DNA of 57,887 nt, counting the filler, from Platydemus manokwari (lineage: Eukaryota): the NCBI GenBank assembly GCA_037951405.1. It is 5 parts of 5 records of this genome, joined end to end, with 100 filler letters (N's around TTAATTAATTAA, not from the genome) between each part and the next. Parts side by side here need not be neighbours in the genome. Positions count along the whole stretch, not along the records: positions 37,366 to 47,614 come from JBBMOY011153993.1; positions 47,715 to 57,887 come from JBBMOY011161214.1; 3 more parts are not named here. The stretch is one strand, 5' to 3'. Both the position numbers and the translations under genes were made by a program. The notes under the pieces were generated by a model, which searched no databases, had not been told where the DNA came from, and worked only from the letters and a program-made list of their open reading frames with translations. Below are positions 40,977-53,219 of this stretch, one piece after another (the first letter of the stretch is position 1; each line of letters begins with the position of its first letter).

Positions 40977-42662
40977 CAGTCAATACTTGTCAATATGAAC
41001 ACCCATCGATATGATAATGTTTTCTTGGGTTCATATTTTTAAAGAAATAATAAGAATATCTATTAAAATAATAAAAAAACATTTCATTTATTACGGCAAT
41101 TTTTAATTTTTTAAAACCTATAAAGGGTGTGTGTAACTTTAATCTGGTTTGATCCTGTTTCTCCTTTGGATATCATTGGCCAATTCGCATATTTTATTGG
41201 TTTTATCTGGAAGATTAATTTGAAAATATCTTTCGGGTTTCAAGTTCATTGATAGTCTTCGTCTCCTATCTAACACAGTCATCATTCCAATTCTTCGGAA
41301 CCTTCTTTTTAATGCTTCCATGTTAGATAAAAAAATAAAACTTGTTCATAAATTTTTCGATAAATGTCAAAAAGAAAAAAATCATCAGATTATGTATTTT
41401 AATTCTTCCACATATAAGTTTTCAAAAGAGTTGGTAAAACAATTTGAGGTCATCGTTTATTTTGCTTCATCACATGCTGTGAAATCCAAGCCACACTTTG
41501 ATACAAATCTACTTTTTTACACCGCTCTTCCTGCTTCGTAGTATTTCTAAAATCTAAATTGATTGTTGTACTTAAGCACTTCCCTTCATAATCCTTAAAG
41601 ACCTTTACAGCACCTTTGTCAATATGTTGAATAAAAAATGATGTACTTTATAGGAAAATCGAGTTCAGTTTTTCACGTTCCAAAGTCCTTCGGGTGGATA
41701 GACGCGTTATCTAATAAAAACAAGGTTTTACACCCTTAGCTTTTGTTCTCCTGTTTAACTTTTTAAAATAATATTAAAACATTTAGCGCCACCCAAGACT
41801 ACATTACTATGGTAACAAATACATCACTTTTCCATGTCGAAATGTTTAAAACAAAGGGGTTTCTATAATTCTGATTTTTTCCGATCTTTAGAAAATTTAC
41901 CAATTGTCTTATGTTCTTTAGAGATCGTATATGTTCTATTTAACGATCATTTTCATAGCCATTATAAACATCTCTATTTTAGTTTTCCTTCAATATTGAT
42001 TTATATAATTTTTTGAAATGAAGGACAAACCTCGCATTAACAGTTTTTGATTATTCGATAACTTCTTGAATGATCTCATGTATCTTGACAGAAAAGAATC
42101 AAGCCAGACACAAGAAGCTGCTAAACCATGCTTGTCAAATCATTTTGTCAATTTTTACGCTTTTGGTCGCAATATGTGTCAATCGATAGAATTATTTATT
42201 GTTCTCTGGATCTGGAATCACTCATACAATACAACATCAACTTCATAATCGCAGCATAAATGCGATTTTCTTTTTGCCTGATATTCGAATTTGATTCAAA
42301 AATGGAATACTTATATTTTATAAGGTGCTTTATCCAATCTAATGACACATCGTATTTTGATAAAAGAAAGCGTTCAGAATAGCCCCTATGATCGTCAAAT
42401 AATTTTAACATTTTCTCTTCTTTTTCAATAATAAAATCCTTTCTCTTTCGTTTTGGATTTATATTTCTCCATGTTCATAATAGCAGGTTATTAATGATTT
42501 TAAACTCATAAAAATGAAGGAAATATGTTTTCTTCTACTCTAATTGATGACCATTATTCAAAATAAACCATGGTTACACTAATAAAACTAATTTTTTAAG
42601 AGGATTCTCATAGTTTTTAATAGGTTTTGACTTAGATATTCATATCAAGCTATGTTCATTAT
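40977..42662 (-). mobile_element. Degenerate pogo/Tigger (CENP-B HTH + DDE) DNA transposon
   Basis: Minus-strand HTH region MLKLFDDHRGYSERFLLSKYDVS and DDE-region LFLLDNASIHP (~41723-41691). TIR-like CAGTCAATACTTGTCAATATGAACAC at 40977 is related to the end at 55181-55206. Confidence 0.85.
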
Positions 42663-43583
42663 GGATGGATATGTTTGGCGGTATCAATATTTTTCTCGGA
42701 ACCCGTGATATGATACCATAATAACTTTATTAATAAATTATTATAAATAATAATAAAAATAGTAGTTACTTATAAATATTCAGCAATATTAGTAATAATA
42801 TATAATTAATCGATATCCATTACAAAATTATCGATGCCAATTACAAAAACTGATCAATAAAGCCATTATAATGATAGTAATAATTATAATGATATTTATA
42901 ATTACACAATTCATCTGATATTAATAATAATGAACCAGAGATAATCACGTAGAGATAAACATATTATTTTTTTATACAGAACATATTTTCAGCTGTAATT
43001 TATTAGCACAGTGTTCTAAAAAAACTCATAAATTCTATAAATAATGATGCACATTTGTTTATTCTGTTTATGTTTGGCTCTCATTACATATTTTCTCACA
43101 TCCATCAACGTATTTTAAATTGATTTGAATGTGATTAAAATGGTTTATATCGATACTGTTACATCATCATTTGGTGAATTACAATCGATAATAGTTGCGC
43201 ACTTATTTCATGAAGCAACATATCTCTATTGAGGCATCTAACATGATAAGGTTGGCCAGAATATCTCTTCAATGTCTCACACGAGCCCATTAATCAACAT
43301 TTTACTTTGATAACTGTAATAAAATGAGATCATTTTATATCTCTCATTTATCGATTGATCTCTTTGTCGGCTCTTTTCACGCACACATTAATGAAATCAT
43401 TACATTTCACGGCCTGTTTATCAATTCAATTGGTTCATATCCACAGGATTTTTCTCATAGAAGTTATTTTAATTGTAGACTCACTATTATGGCTCGCTAA
43501 TAGATTTTCGCGATAAAACATGGGTGTAATCTACTCGGGATCTTATAAAATATTTTCTTAATTGTGAGAATATCAAATTAAAT

Positions 43584-43722
43584 TCAATTTGAATTAGTAT
43601 AGAATTTGAATTTGAATTTACATTGAATTTGAATTTATATTGAATTTGAATTTATATTGAATTTGTATTGAATTTGAATTTGTATTGAATTTGAATTTGT
43701 ATTGAATTTAAATTTATATTAA
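43584..43722. repeat. 18-bp/6-bp nested minisatellite (TTGAATTTGAATTTRTA-type)
   Basis: Repeated GAATTT hexamers with 18-bp higher-order periodicity. Confidence 0.9.
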
Positions 43723-46258
43723 TTTTTTTTATTTGTTTAAATAATTGTCTTTAAAATAGAATTGAATGTCGAGTCTTTTCAGTTCGTTTTCGATGCGTTT
43801 TTTATAAAATGGTAGCGGCTTACAGTATCATTGTTCATTAGTAGTGATAACTTGTTGCTATGGCTCAATCCATTTAAATTAATTAGTTCTTTCTTTCATT
43901 CTTTTTCATTTATAGATTAAAATATCTTGAAATTCAAAACCAAATTAATTAGAAAAAAACGAAATAAATAATTCGAAATAATATCTATCCAAACTTATAT
44001 GGAATGCAATGTTTTGTCAAAATTTCAAATCTTTCCATGAAAAATTTTCGGAGTCTTTCGATTTTGAACAAACGAACATTTACATTTTTATTTATTTAGA
44101 TTTCATCTTCACGTGTTTTATAGGTGTACTTTTCATATATATAAGCAAGGATTCTGTAAATAATACTGACTTTTCTCTATTTTATGGATATTATTCAGTT
44201 GAGTGCACAAACCCTTTTAATTATTTTTTTCTTTTGATTTTATAAAATCAATAAAATTTTATTAATTAGTGCAGTCATATCATTTGTTATTTGTTTGGAA
44301 AAGCAAACTAAGTGGGAAGACAAAACAAAATCATATATGTTTTAACATAAAACAACATAAAATATCAACATCCTATCTTTACATAATACATAAATGTTGT
44401 GGTGGAATATTTTAGATTAAGTCTCTCTGGTCCTAGAGGATTTTAATAACTCGTATGTGGATAAAATAACTAGAATAATAACCTGGACAAAGGTAGTTAA
44501 AACTGTCAAAAATGGTTGTTTTTTGTTGCAGCTAAGTCAAGCATAGTTTCGCTAAACCAAAAAAAATTATAAATTACAGCGTCTGAATATAGCTTTCTAT
44601 ATGGCGGCAAAATGATGGAGAACGCCACAATGTGTCAACAATATTTTCTTAAGAAAACGAACAGTTGCAAAAAACAGCAAAAAGATCATGTTAAAATATG
44701 TGACCCACAGCGCAAGCAGATATGTATGAGGTATGCAAATTGAAATAAGCGTCGATTTGTGTTTAAATGAGTTTAAAAATTACTTTAAATGGCCGTTAAT
44801 TTATATTAGTGAATTTTTAGTGCAATGATTAAACACAAGTTGTGTTAACTTATTAATGAAAAAAATGTTATTCATGCCTCTAAACGATTTTGAAATATCC
44901 GACTCTAAATAAATTCGCTTTAAAGAGTTGAGTTTATTAAATAGCTCAAATAGATTCCTATTGAGAATGAATAATTCGTAACAAAAGATTTGCATTTACA
45001 GTGCTTCTTAATTCACGAATAATTATTTTTCTTCTGTTGGCAATTTCTCAACAATGTTCAATTATGATTGTTAGTAAGGTTGAGGAATATATTTATGATC
45101 ATCTTTATTTTTTCATGATTTTTTAAATATTGGAAAATGACCTTAAGCAGAATCTATAAATCACTTTAAATATTTATGATTATGATTTGAACAAATGTAT
45201 CGCACCCATTATAGCTGATTCCATCCAGTGGGCTTCATTCGTTTTTTTCATCATTGAGACACTCAATAAGTTAAATTTTAAATAAATATAATCTTCAACA
45301 TTCAAATACTAATTAAAATTATAAACTCAGTATGGTTTTTTAAAAATCATCAGTGTGTGTTCGCGTTAATTACTTTAACGACCCATGATTTGTGGAGACT
45401 ATTTTCTTAAATATCATATTTTCGAAAAACTAAACTAAACGAATCAAACCAATAATAAATTTCGAGAAAAATAAAATTAAACTTTAGCTTTTTAGAATAT
45501 CTATACCTTTTTATATACATAATATACCTTAATATACATATACCTACTTCAGATCATTTTCATCATTTATTGCCAGTATTATAATTTTATGTTTATCGCT
45601 AAATTCAATACACACACATTTAAATTTACGAAATCCTATCCAATTTCAATTTAAACTTGTCACCAAATACATTCTCCAATCTTGTGCATTTACTATTTCA
45701 AATAAACAAAACATTTTATTAACAGCTAATTTTCACATTCGTTAGAAAAACAAATTCTATCGAAACAAAAATCGATCGAATTTTCGATTGACAACCATTT
45801 ACAAACAGTTCATTAAAAAAAAACGAACAAGAAATACGCAAGAATATTCTATATTTTTTCCTATAACAAATCACAATTTCAAATCAATGATTCTACAAGA
45901 TACGTTTCGCTGTCAAACCACATCATCACCATCATCATCATCATCATCATAAAATAACAAAATTGATACAACTTTCATAACTTGCATTTCATAAAAATGA
46001 TGAAAAATATTTACATAATAAACTAATTTCAAAAATAAATAAAAACATTTCATTTTTTTAATGAAAGCAAATTTATTTATCAACATATGTTTTGCAAATA
46101 TTACGACAGTTTGGAAAAAAGAAACCAAATAAAATAGAAAATAGTGCCTAATTAAAAGCAAGATTAATATCTTAGACGAATTTTCATTTGTAAAATTACG
46201 CAGACCGAACTTCATTATCGATAATAATTGGGAGAGCACGATTGTATTTATTTTTTTA

Positions 46259-46460
46259 TTATGAATGATTCAATAATTCATCTACATCATATTCGTGTGG
46301 AGAAATTTGGTCATCGACGACAAAGAAATGAGGATCATAAATATCTTCTGGCCGATCGTCTGTCATTGGTTCTTGTTTTATCAAGGAACTTTCAACTTCT
46401 GACAAAGGCAGTTCAATTTTCTGAATTTTCACTCGTGAGTTTCTCATCTCATTATCAATT
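46259..46460 (-). CDS. Candidate terminal coding exon, acidic peptide; phase-compatible with ferlin exon 5
   Basis: Acceptor atttccag|, phase 2; IDNEMRNSRVKIQKIELPLSEVESSLIKQEPMTDDRPEDIYDPHFFVVDDQISPHEYDVDELLNHS*. No recognisable domain. Confidence 0.4.
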
Positions 46461-47614
46461 CTGGAAATAATTTTTCAACCATCAATCAAATATATGTTCA
46501 CAATTGATGGATGATAGGGAAAATTAATGTTTCGGTATTACACAATATAATCTTTGATGGTTTAAGGACATTTACAGGACATCGATGATGTAATGGCAAT
46601 TGTGTATTTGATATCCAATTTAGAACAGATGGTAAAAAATATTATTCATTAATTCAAGATCATTATTGCTGTTGATGTTTGGATAATTCGATTCTATGTA
46701 GACTATCAGGTATTTATGTTTCATATTCGTGAATATCATTTCCAAATATATTATTATTATTTATTACAAACATTATACGAAAAATGAGTTCAGATACATG
46801 AGAAATAAAATTTGATAAGATCAATGTACATGAAAATTTTATAATATGAATCAATTTTATTTCTCGAAAATTAAATTTAACATGAAACTCATTTTGAAGC
46901 AGTAGCATGAAATTCTAGACATTCCAATAATGTTGACATACATTGATAATGAATATATAATAATAAATAATCATTATCCGATAAGGGAATTAATATTATA
47001 GAGAAAACTTACGCTTATTAATACCAAAGACGATAAACTAATATTATATATATAAATCCCATTTCCAAAAAGTTTGACAAAGACAATGTAAACTCAATTC
47101 ACTATTTTTGCCATTCTGTTTTATAAAGACGTACATGTTAACTCAACAATCAAGTAAAAATACATGAGATCAGATTGAGAAGGACCAATGTCGATGAAAG
47201 TATTTTTGGATTTATCAATCTTTCCGAAGAGAGAAAAATGATAATAATGGCTATACTGACATATATTCTGGTTTCTTATTAGCTTTTGGTTTTTTAAATA
47301 AAAAATATAATATTTCCGAAAGTATTACATCATAGTTGTGATTATGTAATTAAGTCGTTATTGTTTAAGAAATTCTATAATAGTTTAATTTATACATCGT
47401 GAAGCTGGGAATTGCGTTTGGCACGTGCATCAGATAAATAATATTTAAGCGAACCGTGATATATATATGGGTCTCTTCGACCGATTGAAGTCATTTCAAA
47501 ATAAAGCATTCATAGTATGAGGCATACTGAGTTTGATAAATCTAGTTTAAATACGGTGGAAAATTTGATAAATTATCTTGAAATAAAGAATATCGTTATA
47601 TTTTGGGAGAGTTA

Positions 47615-47714
47615 NNNNNNNNNNNNNNNNNNNNNNNNNNNNNNNNNNNNNNNNNNNNTTAATTAATTAANNNNNNNNNNNNNNNNNNNNNNNNNNNNNN
47701 NNNNNNNNNNNNNN
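47615..47714. other. Assembly gap with TTAATTAATTAA spacer
   Basis: Direct reading. Confidence 0.97.
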
Positions 47715-47786
47715 ACTATGCAAAATGTACTTTAAATAAATAAATATTTTTCAAAAAAAACCGAAATTTTAAGGTTATACACCTAA
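47715..47786 (-). mobile_element. Tc1/mariner-like transposon end emerging from a gap
   Basis: Ends GGTTATACACCTAA|TA. Exact reverse complement of 16860-16931. Confidence 0.7.
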
Positions 47787-48083
47787 TAATATTGTAAAAT
47801 TTTGTTAAACAAAGATATCACTGAATTTGTTAACTATTTGTAAGGACCTATTTGTAGAAAATCGAACTAAGCAACAATATGCAAAAGAAGAAAGAAATAA
47901 AAATGTGAAATCTACTGGGGAAAAACATGAAGAAATCTTCAAACACTTTAAAAAGACTAAAGTAATACTTGGAAATATCGGAACATCGAGTCTTTATTAC
48001 AAAACAGTTTTCCTTCTTTATCAGAAATTTCTCATGATGGCGTAGCTTTACAATTTTTAACTTTGAAAATATTTTTATCTCAC

Positions 48084-48176
48084 CTTTCTGGAAGAAGTGA
48101 AAGATCTGATATATCGTCCCGAATGATTTCCGAACCATGGCCGCCGTCATCGCTATCAAAGTTGTCATCATCATCA
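48084..48176 (-). CDS. Otoferlin-like ferlin exon 5 (acidic linker)
   Basis: atttcag| ... |gtgaga; 93 nt, phase 2-2; DDDDNFDSDDGGHGSEIIRDDISDLSLLPE. A 45-nt intron separates it from exon 4. Confidence 0.75.
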
Positions 48177-48221
48177 CTGAAATATATTTATTAAACCAAT
48201 GGAAAGATATTAACAAATCAC

Positions 48222-48367
48222 CTGGAATTTTCCGATGGCAGAATAACTCTTTTTTCGTTTCTTTTTAACGTTTTCAAATTAAAAACCGGATAATTGAATG
48301 CATTACTACCGTAATCCAGGTGGCCGGTAGTGGGTGATAAATATTCCATATCAAATGCAAGTACATT
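48222..48367 (-). CDS. Otoferlin-like ferlin exon 4 (last C2A strand + linker)
   Basis: atatctag| ... |gtgatt; 146 nt, phase 0-2; NVLAFDMEYLSPTTGHLDYGSNAFNYPVFNLKTLKRNEKRVILPSENS. Confidence 0.8.
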
Positions 48368-48399
48368 CTAGATATTAACGTATAAAATAAACAAAGTCG

Positions 48400-51221
48400 T
48401 TATATTTATTTAAATAAGCGATTGGTAGATTATTTCAGTGTTTTGCGAATTATACTGACATAATTGGCGACCGCGCATTACAAATAAATGCAATAACAAG
48501 ACATCAATAAAAGAATCACCTCATGATTGTGAATTTTATGCGATGTGTCAAACACGGTGTTGAAGGTCGAATTTTAAGTGTTCAACAAGAGGTCAAGGAG
48601 CAATATGGTTCAATTAAAGATCCAGAAATGCATCAAGTAGAAAATCAAATATCCTCAACAAGTCCATCGCATAGATTTCGTCAATTTAATTGAATCAATA
48701 GATAACAAGAAACTTTTAAATAGAACTAGGTGTGAAGAGATGTTTAATAAGGACGACGCCAGGGTGTGAAGTAGAGAAGTTGTGGGATTCGGGTACGTTT
48801 ATCACATTGATGATTGAGAACTATTGGAAGAAAGCGGGTGCTCAAAATTACAGGATAGCTTGATTACCCTTAGCGGGGTGCTTTCAATTGGTGTAGAAAA
48901 AGAAACTCGAGATTATAATTGCAAAAGGAATTTCGCCCGACTGTCACGATTAGTGCATTTTGATTTAGCTGAAAGAGGTGACCATAATCGGTTCATTACT
49001 ATGTATGGATATCCAGATTCAGTTTTCCTATGCCTGATATCCATCAACTTCTAGACTGTTTGGCAGATCATAAATATTTCTCTAGGATAGATTTGGGCAG
49101 GCTTATTATCAAGTTTAACTCAGTTTAAGGCACTAAGAATACACCGATTTTTGCACCAAAACCGCCAACACTGTATTAATAGTCTCTTGTTTGGACTACA
49201 GGATCAGAAACTTTTCAAAAGCTAATAAAAAAGGCTGTTGAATGGATTGGTCTTTAAAGGCGTTGTGGTATATTTGTATGATGTTTGTTGAAATTAGGTT
49301 TTAAGGCCTCATGGTCAGTGCCAAGGGTACACAAACTAATTGCGTCAAAATCCAACAGATACGAGATGCCCTAGTACCACAGTGCGATCATTTTAAAGCC
49401 TGACAAACTATTATAGGCGATTCATCAAGGATTATGTTGTAATATCAGCTCTTCTATGCGCCACAACCACTGGCAGAGATAAGGAATTAAAATCGTCAGA
49501 GTCTTACAAAACAAGTTCTTTGAAGCTAAAGTCAGCATTCTGTGAAGCACAAATTCTAGATTACTCAAGAGAAAACAGGATATTTTTACTCGATATGGAC
49601 GCGGATTTTACTGCAATTGCAGCCTTTCTAAGCCAGGTTACTGAAGGAGGAACAGAGGTAGTGATAGCCTACGAGGGTTGATTACTCACTAGTCACGAGA
49701 AATGATATTGTGTTATTTACTTTAGGCAATAGCTGTACAAGCAGAAATTCATCGTGAGGACCGATCTCAAAGCCCTTGTCTTTTTGAAATCGACGCGGAA
49801 ACCAGCCACCCCATAATTTCAAACATTGGTGGTGATCCTGTCAGAATACAATTTAGATCTAAAATACTGAATAGCAAAGAATTATAACAAGTTTGATTGT
49901 CTGGGATCAACGAAAAACTACGTTTCCAGTGTAACACGACATACAATGGACCAAAAACGGAAAATTCTCAAATCATATATTAACACAAATAAAGTTCGAG
50001 ATAATGAAGAAAACACAGGAAACACAGAGTGAGGATGCAGAAATAGCGACGAGGCTCAGATTTCTAAATGGTTAAACAGCTCTAACTAGCATGGATGCAC
50101 ATTGAATTTCTAAAATTAAAGATAAGCTGAAGGTGGTGGACAATAACCTGATGCTTGAGAAAGAGGAGAGTTTTGCTGCTATTATACAGAAGATTTTTGC
50201 CATTCAATTTGTCAGGTCAATTCACGAGGAACTCTGCCACTTAGACTTAAAGAAAACTTTCGCATTTTTCTAAAGCGGTTTTAATAGGCCAACAAATTCA
50301 ACATCATTAAAGAGGTACTGAGAGATTGTATTATACGTACAAAGCAAAAAGTTGATCAATTCAGAATTAAGGGGTTTCTGCTTTCTCTATTAGGTTCTGA
50401 GTTTCAAGAGCAAATCATGGTGGACATTTCTTAAATGGACAATGTGCATAGTAACAAAAAGGTATCTAGTAGCCATTATTAACAAATTCAGGAACCTGGT
50501 GAGCCTCACTTTTTCAAATCAAAAAAACAATTTTCCAGGTCATTCTGAGCTCTTGAATCTATCGATTTAGAGGAATATTTATGATGGAAGAGCGATAAAA
50601 ATTGCGAATAAAACCGGAATTCAACTCATATCCCCCACAAATTGAATGGGCTTGCTAAGAGAATTATGAGGATAATACGATATATGATAACAGCTTCCTT
50701 AAAGATCAAAATCCTCGAGATAAGTTGGCTTAATTTTTGTCAAGGATAAAGTTCTGCAACATATCAATCAACAATGAAGTTTCCGCCTTTCGAAATAGTC
50801 TACTGGTGGAAGATCAATGTCCATACGGATGAGTTACAAGAACCAGACTGGAGATGATATTGCAGCTAGAGAAAATTCTTAAGTATCATCCAACATAATA
50901 TCTAATCGAGCCAGAAGAAGAACACATCAAATTTTAAGTTGTGAAATAAGGTGCTGGTTCGCGTAGATTTCCATAAGAGGAAGAATATATAGCAGTATGA
51001 ATATATTTGCCAGATTACAGAATTCAAGTCACATAGAAGTGGCCATCCAATTCAATCATGTGATAAAATCCAGAATATTAGTGTGGCTGAAAAGATAGTG
51101 AGCCTTAAAATGTCACAAGTAACGTGGTAATGTGACAAACACGTTAAATTTGTTTAAATAAGTGATTCGCGGATTATTTCAGTGTTTTAAATGAATATTA
51201 TGATTGCGAATTCCAATGACA
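48400..51221 (+). mobile_element. Degenerate Ty3/Gypsy element (PBS, RT, RNase H, integrase; gag not seen) inside ferlin intron 3
   Basis: PBS TGGCGACC at 48465. RT LADHKYFSRIDLG/AYYQV and VVVYLYD; RNase H FLLDMDADFTAIAAFLSQ and KFIVRTDLKAL; integrase HEELCHL and NGLAKRIMR. Related terminal segments at 48405-48460 and 51146-51221. Confidence 0.9.
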
Positions 51222-51309
51222 TAATGCATATTTGTCAAAAATATAATTACATCACGAATAATAATCTTTTCCAATAATAATGATAATTATTAATTATATT
51301 GATTCTTAC

Positions 51310-51409
51310 ATCAGTGATTCGCAGTTTTTCATCGACAAGATTTTCACGAACAGATATCGATGGTTCTACAAGTAATCTAGAAACTCCAACATTGAGCTGA
51401 CCAAGACAT
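51310..51409 (-). CDS. Otoferlin-like ferlin exon 3 (C2A)
   Basis: ctttatag| ... |gtaaga; 100 nt, phase 2-0; CLGQLNVGVSRLLVEPSISVRENLVDEKLRITD. Confidence 0.88.
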
Positions 51410-51789
51410 CTATAAAGTTGTGATAACAATTGTGATTATATATAAAATTAAAATAATAAATTTTTAAATTTAAAATATTAGATTTAACATTTAATTTAAA
51501 AGGAGAAATCAATAATTAAGTAAATGTTTATTTGAAAACTATTATCGATTAAAAACTAAAATTATTATAATATCTTTACTCGGAAAATTATATATAAAAT
51601 GTTTAGCGAAATCTCTGATTTTTGATATTATAGGAATGAAATAGCAGGAGTGAAATTAGAGGTTATTGATTCTGATATTAATAATGACTATGATAATAAT
51701 ATTTATATAATAATAACTATTTTAACAGTTAGAAGATACACTCAATACAATTCTACAGATTATTGATAACCGATAAACCCATCAATTAC

Positions 51790-51934
51790 TTGTCCGATCC
51801 ATATCGAGAAGATGCAAAACATCGAATCATTAATATATCAGATCTATCCAACTTTCTTCCAATCGGCCAGTTGAATCGCTGACCAAAATAAACATTAGCG
51901 CTTCCTTTGACTTTTGTGGTTTTCAAAACGATAG
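51790..51934 (-). CDS. Otoferlin-like ferlin exon 2 (C2A)
   Basis: actttag| ... |gtaatt; 145 nt, phase 1-2; IVLKTTKVKGSANVYFGQRFNWPIGRKLDRSDILMIRCFASSRYGSDK. Matches the otoferlin C2A pattern FxWP....D....L.I..F..S....K..G. Confidence 0.9.
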
Positions 51935-53219
51935 CTAAAGTTCATTAATATTACCATAATAATAATTATTATAATGATTATAATACCGAATAATAATAGT
52001 TATATCTTATATAACTAATCCATTACATGAACATTTGCTATATTGCATGAATGTTTTATCTTTTATGAATGTGAGGATTAACAAAATTAAATTTAAAAGA
52101 TTTTATAATTTGATATCAAAATATATTAATTTGTTTTAATCATTGTACTCAAATAAGTTATTTTGTGTCGTGACCTATTGATTTTGTTTACCATCTGTAC
52201 TTTAAAAAATATTAGCAACATATAATGAATATTTGCTATAATTCGCTGTATTAATTGCACATTTGTGCGAGGCTTATTTGTATCAAATTTTGACGAATCA
52301 ATATTCTTATTATTTCGTATTTTTTTATCATGTAACCTTTTGAAGGTACATTTAAAATGGTACAGTTTTTAAAAATCTCACGAATAATAAATGATAGAAT
52401 TTCTTAAATTCAAATATTGATAAATTTATAAACCAATAGAATTCTTGATAAATATTTAAATAAATTTAATAAAAACGATTGAAGTAGAAGTAAAGTCTGG
52501 GAAAAATGTGAGCTTTTAATTATACGCCATTGTATCTCTTATTATTGAGCTTTGCCTCCAAAATGGTAAAGATAATCGGTTTTTTTCCCAAAATTGTGAA
52601 GTCAGTTAACGGTAAACAAATATCTAGGAATTATTGGGGTTCATCATAAGTTCCGAGTAATATATATATTGGTGGTAAACTCTTTGATATTTTATTCACT
52701 TGTATTGATAATGTTTTGATTAATGTTGAGTATGTAAAAAATTAAATTTCTAAAATATAATTAAAAATTCTAAATCAATATTTTTTGAAAATTTCTAAAA
52801 GAAAATAATTCAGTTAAATCAAAAATATAAAAATTAATAGAATGTTCTAAAACAATTTGTTTGAAAAGAGTTCATTCTTGACAACAACAGCCATTTAGAA
52901 GCCCAAGTCCTGTCTCGTTATTTTATATCGATTATGTCAGTTGAAAGTCTAGTTTTATATTGCATTGTAATGATTACAACAGTCGTACTAATTGCAACCT
53001 TCGATTATTTTGGAACATTAATAATTAATTTTGTATCCAAAGCGTTGGTTGAGAAATAAATAATAGTTAATAGTTGTACTAATTATAGAATATATGATCG
53101 CTGCTGCCATACATATTAAATCCATAAATAGATAAAATCTATATTTGATATTAAATATATTAAATAAGGCTTTTAATATTATTAAGGTATAGGTAACGTC
53201 GAATTCTAAGATTGAATTA

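Noticed and set aside
47389-47426. FIHRE...LAR as a downstream kinase exon of the Src gene
   Set aside because: No HRDLAARN or DFG, the spacing is far too short, and there are no fitting splice sites.
47970-48045. Ferlin exon 6 (EISDKEGKLFCNKDSMFRYFQ) directly after exon 5
   Set aside because: Every nearby AG gives a stop in the required phase 2. It would need a frameshift or a sequencing error.
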